The notes below the pieces were generated by a model. The model searched no databases. It saw only the letters and a list, made by a program, of their open reading frames with translations, and had not been told where the DNA came from. This document shows, in pieces, positions 48,460 to 55,810 of a DNA stretch of 64,000 nt. The stretch's first letter is position 1. Each line of letters begins with the position of its first letter. The stretch is from Phycisphaerales bacterium (GTDB lineage: Bacteria > Planctomycetota > Phycisphaerae > Phycisphaerales > UBA1924). The DNA is taken from contig OZ245777.1 of NCBI GenBank assembly GCA_965227775.1, positions 2,240,001 to 2,304,000 of the forward strand, in the 5' to 3' direction. The position numbers and the translations under genes are program-made.

Positions 48460-49473
48460 TTGCGTGACGACGCCGCCAACCCGACGGGAGCCGCTCGCCG
48501 GGTGCTCGTCACCGGCGGCGCTGGCTTCATCGGCTCGCACATCTGCGAGCGGCTGCTCTCGCGCGGCGACGAGGTGGTCGTGGTCGACGATCTGTCCACC
48601 GGCAACCGCGCGAATCTGCCAGAGTCCCACGAGCGATTGACGATGGTCCACTCGGACCTGCGGGCCTGGCTTCTTGGCGATGCTCGTGCTGCTGGCCGCT
48701 TCGACGAGATCTACCACATGGCGGCGGCGGTGGGGGTCGAGCTCATCATCGCAGACCCGATCGGCAGCATCGAGACCAATACCGAGCAAACGAGCGCCTT
48801 GCTTCGCTATGCCTCTGAGACGGCCGGCAATCCGGCCGTGCTGGTAGCTAGTAGCTCGGAGGTCTATGGCAAGAGCGAGCGTGTTCCGTTTCACGAAGAT
48901 GACGACGTTGTGTACGGGCCGACGACCGCGACGCGTTGGTCATACGCCTGCTCCAAGGCGTTGGATGAGTATCTCGCGCTCGCTCACCATCGCTCGCGTG
49001 GTCTCGGAGTTGTCGTTGTTCGGCTGTTCAATACGGTCGGGCCGAGGCAGATCGGTCGGTACGGGATGGTGCTGCCACGGTTCGTTGCCGCGGCGCTGTC
49101 GAATGAGCCGCTCCGCGTCTTCGGCAATGGCGAACAAGTACGCTGCTTCTGCGACGTGCGGGACGTCTCACGGGCGCTCATCGATCTCCTCGGCACGCCC
49201 AGCGCACACGGCGGTATCTTCAATATCGGGAGCGAATCGGCCATCAGTATCAACACGCTCGCCCAGACCGTGATCGAAGTACTCGGTTCGGCCTCGCGCA
49301 TCGAGCGCGTGCCTTATGACGAGGCGTATGGCCCTGGCTTCGAGGATCTCACGCGTCGTGTGCCGGATTTGGGCCGCCTAAGGGCCGCCGTGAAGTTCGA
49401 GCGCGAGTACGACCTTGAGGCGACCATCCGAGCCGTGGCCGAAGCTATGGGCACCGCAGGAATCAGCCGATGA
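48460..49473 (+). CDS. NAD-dependent NDP-sugar epimerase/dehydratase
   Basis: TGGAGFIGSH, SSSEVYG, YACSK, RLFNTVGPRQ. Confidence 0.93.
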   Translation: MRDDAANPTGAARRVLVTGGAGFIGSHICERLLSRGDEVVVVDDLSTGNRANLPESHERLTMVHSDLRAWLLGDARAAGRFDEIYHMAAAVGVELIIADPIGSIETNTEQTSALLRYASETAGNPAVLVASSSEVYGKSERVPFHEDDDVVYGPTTATRWSYACSKALDEYLALAHHRSRGLGVVVVRLFNTVGPRQIGRYGMVLPRFVAAALSNEPLRVFGNGEQVRCFCDVRDVSRALIDLLGTPSAHGGIFNIGSESAISINTLAQTVIEVLGSASRIERVPYDEAYGPGFEDLTRRVPDLGRLRAAVKFEREYDLEATIRAVAEAMGTAGISR

Positions 49474-50831
49474 GCGTGCTGGCCGCCATCACGAGCTTCG
49501 GCCTTCCTCCGCTCGACCCGGGCATGTTCGCTGCGCCCGAGTCCGCCGTAGAGGCCGAGGCGGACGTGCTGGCGACGACCGGCCTGGGCATCTTCCATCG
49601 ATACATCTGGGTGTTCGTCGCGGCGTTCGCGATCACCATCATCGCAACCCCGCTGGTCCGCAGACTGGCTCTTGCCGCGGGCATCATCGATCGGCCGAGC
49701 GACCCGCGCAAGGTGCATCGCATTCCCGTTGCCTACTTGGGCGGCCTCGCGGTTTTCCTTGGAATCATGGGCGGCACGCTCGTGAGCTATCTGGGAACTG
49801 CGTGGGGCAATCTCTCGGTTGTCTATCCCAGCGAGCACATGGTCGATGGCGAATACCACGCCGTCGTGCCAATCAGCATTTTGCTGGGCCTGGCGGTCAT
49901 TACTGTTGTCGGCCTGCTCGACGACGCGATCGGCATCCGCCCCGGGCTGAAGATCAGCGGCCAACTCGTGGCCGCGGCGGCGCTTGCGATCGAGAACGTC
50001 GGCGTGCGCGTCGCTCAGGGTGTGCTACGCCCCGTGGGCGAGGCGCTCGTGAGCCTGGGCGTGCTGGGCAACAGCGACCTGGTCTTTTACGTGCCTATCC
50101 CGGGCCTCGAGGCGCCACTCCAACTCGACCTTGTGTATTGGGCCGGTGCGGGCGTAATCGCGGTATTCGTCATCGGTGCTTGCAATGCGGCCAACCTCAT
50201 CGATGGGCTCGACGGCTTGCTCACGGGCACGACGACCATCACGGTGGTTGGGCTCACCATCCTGGCGTTGTCGCTCATGGTGATCGATCAGGGCCCGCGC
50301 GACGCCCAGCGGCTCGTTCTGTGCCTGGCGGTGCTGGGAGCATGCATGGGCTTCCTTCCGCACAACTTCAATCCCGCGTCGATCTTCCTTGGCGACTGCG
50401 GCTCGATGTTATTGGGCTATTGCACCATCGTGATCATCCTGACGCTGGGCGACATGGGCCAGACGCACCTGGTGCTCGCCGGCCTGATGATGTTCGCGGT
50501 GCCGATCATCGATAGCGTGCTCGCGATCGTTCGGCGGCGGATGAGCGGCAAGAGCATCACCGACGCCGACGACCAGCACTTGCACCACATGCTCAAGCGG
50601 GCGTTGGGTGTCAAGGGTGCCGTGCTGGTGCTCTACGGCATCACGGCCTGCTTCACCGCCCTTGGCCTTGCCATGAGCCTTAGCAGGGCCCGCGTGGTCT
50701 ACGCCTTGGCGCTTATTGTCATCTGCTACGTGGGCGTGACGGCCATCAAGATCAGCCGCCGCCAGTATCTCGAGAGCCAGGCCTCGCTCGCGATCGACGC
50801 GGCCGATCGGCCCAAGCGTTCGGCGTCGTAA
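49470..50831 (+). CDS. MraY/WecA family polyprenyl-phosphate HexNAc-1-P transferase
   Basis: RKVH..P.AYLGG, GLLDD, NLIDGLDG, NFNPASIFLGDCG, DQHLHH. Confidence 0.93.
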   Translation: MSVLAAITSFGLPPLDPGMFAAPESAVEAEADVLATTGLGIFHRYIWVFVAAFAITIIATPLVRRLALAAGIIDRPSDPRKVHRIPVAYLGGLAVFLGIMGGTLVSYLGTAWGNLSVVYPSEHMVDGEYHAVVPISILLGLAVITVVGLLDDAIGIRPGLKISGQLVAAAALAIENVGVRVAQGVLRPVGEALVSLGVLGNSDLVFYVPIPGLEAPLQLDLVYWAGAGVIAVFVIGACNAANLIDGLDGLLTGTTTITVVGLTILALSLMVIDQGPRDAQRLVLCLAVLGACMGFLPHNFNPASIFLGDCGSMLLGYCTIVIILTLGDMGQTHLVLAGLMMFAVPIIDSVLAIVRRRMSGKSITDADDQHLHHMLKRALGVKGAVLVLYGITACFTALGLAMSLSRARVVYALALIVICYVGVTAIKISRRQYLESQASLAIDAADRPKRSAS

Positions 50832-50882
50832 CCGCACGAAAACCAGGCCGAATCGGGCGCATCTGGGCGATAGAATCGCGCG

Positions 50883-51911
50883 ATGGAAAGCGCACAGCAC
50901 GGCGAGAATCCCACTCGACAGGAGCAGGCCCAACCCAGTACGCCCGCCGCAGTTGGGCCACCCCGGGTGTTTGCGCTCATGAACCAAAAGGGCGGTGTGG
51001 GCAAGTCCACGACGGCCGTGAATTTGGCCGCCGCCCTAGCCCGGCTAGGCAAGCGTGTGCTGCTGGCCGACCTCGATCCCCAGGCCCACGCGACGCTACA
51101 TCTCGGCGTTTCGGCCGACGGCGAGAGCGGACCCGTGACCGTGTACGACGCGTTGCTCGATCCCGCGGCGGTCGAGTTGACCGAAGCCGGCGAGAACCTC
51201 TTCCTCCTGCCCAGCGAGACCGATCTGGCCGCCGTCGAGACCGAATTGGCCCAGGCCGACGGCCGGCACCACCGCCTCCGGCTCGCGATCGACGCGGCCT
51301 GCAAGACGCACGACATCGACGTCGTGCTCATCGACTGCCCGCCGAGCCTGGGCCTGCTGACGCTCAACGGCCTGGCCGCCGCCGACGAGGTTGTGATCCC
51401 GATGCAAGCCCACTTTCTCGCGCTGCACGGTGTCGGCAAGCTCCTCGAGACCGTGCGGATGGTCGCCAAGCAAGTGCGCCCGCAGCTCAAGGTCGCCGGC
51501 GTTGTGCTTTGCATGTACGACCAGCAGGCAAGCCATACGCAAGAGGTCGTGGGCGACATCGAAGCCTTCTTCGCCGAGGGCAGGGACCGCGACGTGCCGT
51601 GGCGGGGCGCTCGCGTACTCTGGCCGCCGATCCGCCGCAACATCAAGCTTGCCGAGGCGCCCAGCTTCGGCCAATCGATCTTCGAGTACGCCCCCCAAGC
51701 CGCGGGCGCCCGCGACTATGCCGCCTTGGCTAAGCACTTCATGGCGCTCGTGGAGCCGACTAGTCCGGCCATGATCTCATCGCCATCCGGTCAGCAGCCC
51801 GAGCGGCCCGAGCCTGCGCCGGCCGAGCCAGTTGCGACTGATGAAGTAGAAGATCAGGAAGCCCCAGAGATCGTGACGCCACCGAGCCCGACGCAGCAGC
51901 ACGCGTCGTGA
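50883..51911 (+). CDS. ParA/Soj family ATPase
   Basis: NQKGGVGKST, DLDPQ, IDCPPSLG, RRNIKLAEAPSFG. Confidence 0.95.
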   Translation: MESAQHGENPTRQEQAQPSTPAAVGPPRVFALMNQKGGVGKSTTAVNLAAALARLGKRVLLADLDPQAHATLHLGVSADGESGPVTVYDALLDPAAVELTEAGENLFLLPSETDLAAVETELAQADGRHHRLRLAIDAACKTHDIDVVLIDCPPSLGLLTLNGLAAADEVVIPMQAHFLALHGVGKLLETVRMVAKQVRPQLKVAGVVLCMYDQQASHTQEVVGDIEAFFAEGRDRDVPWRGARVLWPPIRRNIKLAEAPSFGQSIFEYAPQAAGARDYAALAKHFMALVEPTSPAMISSPSGQQPERPEPAPAEPVATDEVEDQEAPEIVTPPSPTQQHAS

Positions 51912-52300
51912 GCGATGGCCTGCGCCGCCTGTGCCGATTCGGGTTTGTGGCGTACGCCATTGTTCTGTTCGTTGCGACCCACAAGCCGGGTGTGCAGGTC
52001 AACGTCGTTCCGGGCATCCGCCTCGATCTACTGATCCACATGGCCGCATTCGGCGTCTGGACCATCTTGCTGGGCCTGACCGGCTGGTTACCAGACTTGC
52101 GGCGAGCCGCTGGGCTCGCAGCGCTGATGGCGGTAGGAGTCGGATACGCGGTGATCGATGAGTCGTCGCAGGCATTGCCGATATTCGATCGAGTGTTCGA
52201 CCCCGCAGACATGCTGGCCAATGCCCTCGGCGCTGCGTTTGCTGCACTCGCGTTGTTTTCCGTGGTGAGAATGCGGCCACGTCCGGAACCGAAGCCGTGA
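51908..52300 (+). CDS. VanZ family membrane protein
   Basis: DLLIH..F, IDESSQ..R..D..D..ANALG. Confidence 0.85.
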   Translation: MSDGLRRLCRFGFVAYAIVLFVATHKPGVQVNVVPGIRLDLLIHMAAFGVWTILLGLTGWLPDLRRAAGLAALMAVGVGYAVIDESSQALPIFDRVFDPADMLANALGAAFAALALFSVVRMRPRPEPKP

Positions 52301-53880
52301 GCGCCACCCTCGCACGCGCCTTTCGTGTTATCTCGTCGCTCACGCTGCTGTCGCGCGTGCTTGGGCTCGTACGAGACGTTGTCACCGCTCGCCTCTTTGG
52401 CGACACCGCAGTCGGTTCGGCGTTCGCAGCAGCGTTTGCCGTGCCCAACACGTTTCGCCGGCTGTTCGGTGAGGGCGCGCTGGCCGCGGCATTCGTGCCC
52501 GAGTACGCCATGCTGGTGGAAAAGGACGCACGGGCCGCGGATCGCTTCGCGACATTCACGGTTGCACTCCTCGGCCTTGTGACGGCCGGACTTGCCTTAC
52601 TGGGAGAACTCGGCCTCTGGCTCGCACTGTCGATGGCCGAGCCGGGTAGCGCTCGACACTTTTCGATCTTGCTGGTCATGATCGCACTGCCGTTCATGCC
52701 GCTCATCTGCATCGCCGCCACACTCGCTGGCGTGCTGCAGACCCACGGCAGGTTTGGTCCACCCGCGGCACAGCCGATCGTGCTCAACCTGTGTGTGCTC
52801 GGCGCGGCAGGCGCATTTGTCCTCATCGATGGGCAGGATGTGCAGTCTGCGGCGATGCTCTTGTGCGCCGCGGTCGTCGCGTCAGGTGTGCTCCAAGTCG
52901 CGTGGAGCCTCGTCGCGCTCCGGCCAATCGTACGTTGGACCCGCGTGGTTGCTGGGGTCGGCCAGAGTGCCCGACGGCTCGTGAGACGTTGGGCCGGCGC
53001 CATCATCGGTCTCGGGACGCTGCAGGTGAGCGCCCTGCTCGACGTCGTGCTCGCGATGTGGCCGATCTGGTTCGGTGCGACCATGTTCGGGATCGCGTAC
53101 CCGATGGACGAGCAGTCCAATGCCGTGCTCTTCTACGCGCAACGGCTGTACCAGTTCCCGCTGGGGGTGTTCGGCATCGCGGTCGCAACGGCGGCCTTCC
53201 CGCTGCTCAGCCGGCTCGCATCCGATCGCGAGAAGTTCCACACAGCATTGGTGGATGCGCTCTCGCTCTCGCTTGCGATCGCCTTGCCCGCGAGCGTGGG
53301 CCTGATGCTGGTGTCGCATGACCTCACTTTCGTGCTCTTCGGCGGGTGGGGAGCGTTCAGCGAGGCAGGCTCCGCCCGAGCGGCGGCCGCGCTCGTGGGC
53401 TATGCCGCATGCGTCTGGGCGTACGCGTGCAACCAGGTGCTAACGCGTGCGTTCTATGCGCTCGGCGACACCAAGATGCCCGCGCTCGTCTCGCTCGTTG
53501 TGCTCGGGCTGAACCTCGTCCTGAATCTCTCGCTTATTTGGCTGCTCCGCGAGGCTGGCCTCGCTTGGGCGACGGCGATCGCCGCGGCTGTGCAAGCCTT
53601 GATATTGCTCATCGCCCTTGATCGCAAGCGCGGTGTGTCCATTTGGCGTGCGATCGTGAAACGTGGTTGGAAGGCGCTGCCGGCCGTGCTGGTGATGGCC
53701 GCGGTGGTGGGAACCATCATGTGGGTTTGGCGCACGCCTGGAGATTGGTCATGCCATCTCGTACGGCTCGTAGCGTGTGTTGGCTCCGGGGCCGTTTCCT
53801 ACGGCGTTGCAGCTCGCCTGTTCGGCTACCGGGAGCTTGAGAAGCTGATCCGACGAAAGGACTCGGGCGGTGAAAGTTGA
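52297..53880 (+). CDS. murJ: Lipid II flippase MurJ
   Basis: SRVLGLVRD, PNTFRRLFGEGAL..AFVP, YAQRLYQFPLG, FYALGDTKMP. Confidence 0.95.
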   Translation: MSATLARAFRVISSLTLLSRVLGLVRDVVTARLFGDTAVGSAFAAAFAVPNTFRRLFGEGALAAAFVPEYAMLVEKDARAADRFATFTVALLGLVTAGLALLGELGLWLALSMAEPGSARHFSILLVMIALPFMPLICIAATLAGVLQTHGRFGPPAAQPIVLNLCVLGAAGAFVLIDGQDVQSAAMLLCAAVVASGVLQVAWSLVALRPIVRWTRVVAGVGQSARRLVRRWAGAIIGLGTLQVSALLDVVLAMWPIWFGATMFGIAYPMDEQSNAVLFYAQRLYQFPLGVFGIAVATAAFPLLSRLASDREKFHTALVDALSLSLAIALPASVGLMLVSHDLTFVLFGGWGAFSEAGSARAAAALVGYAACVWAYACNQVLTRAFYALGDTKMPALVSLVVLGLNLVLNLSLIWLLREAGLAWATAIAAAVQALILLIALDRKRGVSIWRAIVKRGWKALPAVLVMAAVVGTIMWVWRTPGDWSCHLVRLVACVGSGAVSYGVAARLFGYRELEKLIRRKDSGGES

Positions 53881-54694
53881 ACTGACGGGAAAACCCATCG
53901 CCATCGCCGGCGCGAGCAGCGGCATCGGGCAGGCCACCGCGCTCGCGTGCGCGCGTGCGGGCATGCCCGTCGCGATCGGTGCCCGTCGGCTGGACAAGCT
54001 GCGGCAAGTCGCCAATGAGATCGATCGCGCGGGCGGACGTGCCATTGCCGTGGAGCTCGACGTTTCCAAGGACGGACCGTGCCGCTCATTCATCGAGCGA
54101 GCCGAGGAAGACTTTGGTCCTCTTCACGCTGTCTTTGCCAACGCAGGATTCGGTTTCGAGCGGGCAATCCACGAAACGACCGACGAGCAGATGCGCGAGA
54201 TCTTCGAGGTCAACTTCTTCGGCACGCTGCGCGTGCTTCATCCGGCAATCGAGCATTTCGTTGAACGGGGCTCGGGCCATGCGATCATTTGTTCGAGTAG
54301 CATCGGCAAGATGCCAATTCCCGGGTACGGCGCATATTGCGCAACGAAAGCAGCTCAGTGGCACGTCGGCCGGGCGATGCGGCACGAACTCAAGCCCAAG
54401 GGAGTCCACGTCTCGACCGTGCACCCTATTGGGACCCGCACCGAGTTCTTCGACGAAGCACGGCGACGGAGCGGCGGTGGCAGCCTGGTCGAGAACACGC
54501 CAGAGGCGTTCATCCAGACGCCCGAACGCGTCGCCAAGGCCATCGTGGCGTGCCTGCGGCGTCCGAAGGCCGAAGTCTGGACGAGCCTGCCGAGCCGCAT
54601 CGGCCTTGGTGCGCTGAGCACGTTCTACGGGCTCGCTGACATCGCCCTCGATCGGTTTGCTCGCCAGCAAGCCCGCATCAATGACGGTGCGTGA
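53870..54694 (+). CDS. SDR family oxidoreductase
   Basis: GASSGIG, NAG, YCATK. Confidence 0.93.
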   Translation: MKVELTGKPIAIAGASSGIGQATALACARAGMPVAIGARRLDKLRQVANEIDRAGGRAIAVELDVSKDGPCRSFIERAEEDFGPLHAVFANAGFGFERAIHETTDEQMREIFEVNFFGTLRVLHPAIEHFVERGSGHAIICSSSIGKMPIPGYGAYCATKAAQWHVGRAMRHELKPKGVHVSTVHPIGTRTEFFDEARRRSGGGSLVENTPEAFIQTPERVAKAIVACLRRPKAEVWTSLPSRIGLGALSTFYGLADIALDRFARQQARINDGA

Positions 54695-54815
54695 TTTCGT
54701 CTTGCGTTTCCGACGAGGATCGGTTAGGCTGAAGTCGGCCAGCGGTCCGCAACGCAGGCGGACCGCGACCAGTGCACCCGCCTCCGATTCGTGGGGGCCT
54801 ACAGGAGAGGTATCC

Positions 54816-55703
54816 ATGCACAAAAATCTGATCTCGATCTCGGCCCTTGCTGGTGTGGCCGGGGCGGCCATCGCTCAAGACGTCGCCATCGTTGCCGCCG
54901 CGGCGACCTCGAGCACCGCATCCCAATTCGTCGAGACCGAGCGCGTGCTGGTTGACAGCTTCGCATTCGACAGCGTGACGGTCATCAACACCGTGACTGA
55001 TACCCCGACGCTCGATGAACTCATGATGTTCGATTCGGTGCTGGTCTGGACCAACAACACTCCGGACGATCCCGACGGTTTCGGCGATGCGCTAGCCGAC
55101 TATGTGGACGCCGGCGGTGGCGTTGTCGTCGCGGTCTTCGCCAACAGCAGCACGACCACCGATCGTGACATCGGCGGCCGCTGGCGCGGCAACCCGGAGT
55201 ACGAGGTCATCGTTCCTCGCACCGGCAACCAGAGCGGCGCTGCTTCGCTCGGTGACATCCTGGAGCCCGACCATCCGATCGTGGACGGCGTGGTCACCTT
55301 CTTTGGTGGCACGTCGAGCTTCCGGCCCAACGTGACCGATCTAAACCCCGGCGCTCGGGCCATCGCCGAGTGGGATGACGGTCGGGTCCTCGTAGCTATC
55401 GGTGCCAACGAGAATCGCGTTGATCTTGGCTTCTACCCGCCACCAAGCACTTCTTCGGTGAGCTTCTGGGACATCGGCACCGATGGCGATCTGCTGCTGG
55501 TGCAGTCGCTGCTATTCGCCGGGGGCGACACAGGTTGCCGAGCCGACTTCGACGAGGATGGTCAGCTCACGATCTTCGATTTCCTGGCGTTCCAGAACGC
55601 CTTCGATGCGGGCGATCTGCGCGCCGACTTCGATGGTGATGGCCAGCTCACCATCTTCGACTTCCTTGCGTTCCAGAATGAGTTCGACGCTGGCTGCGAG
55701 TAA
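54816..55703 (+). CDS. Secreted protein (GATase/ThuA-like fold suspected) with C-terminal GC-type dockerin-like module
   Basis: AGGAGAGG SD; signal peptide MHKNLISISALAGVAGAAIA; LADYVDAGGGVV; ends ..NEFDAGCE. Confidence 0.88.
   Translation: MHKNLISISALAGVAGAAIAQDVAIVAAAATSSTASQFVETERVLVDSFAFDSVTVINTVTDTPTLDELMMFDSVLVWTNNTPDDPDGFGDALADYVDAGGGVVVAVFANSSTTTDRDIGGRWRGNPEYEVIVPRTGNQSGAASLGDILEPDHPIVDGVVTFFGGTSSFRPNVTDLNPGARAIAEWDDGRVLVAIGANENRVDLGFYPPPSTSSVSFWDIGTDGDLLLVQSLLFAGGDTGCRADFDEDGQLTIFDFLAFQNAFDAGDLRADFDGDGQLTIFDFLAFQNEFDAGCE
55536..55697 (+). repeat. 54-aa dockerin-like module, copy 3
   Basis: CRADFDEDGQLTIFDFLAFQNAFDAGDLRADFDGDGQLTIFDFLAFQNEFDAGC. Confidence 0.95.
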
Positions 55704-55732
55704 GCCCAGGCAACAACGCTTGGCAGGAACGA

Positions 55733-55762
55733 AAACGGCCCCGCTTCGCAGCGGGGCCGTTT
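55733..55762. terminator. Bidirectional intrinsic terminator
   Basis: AAACGGCCCCGCT-TCGC-AGCGGGGCCGTTT between convergent genes. Confidence 0.85.
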
Positions 55763-55810
55763 CATTCGATGCGTGAGTCGAGCCCACTCGGGCTTGAACG
55801 CAACCCGTCT

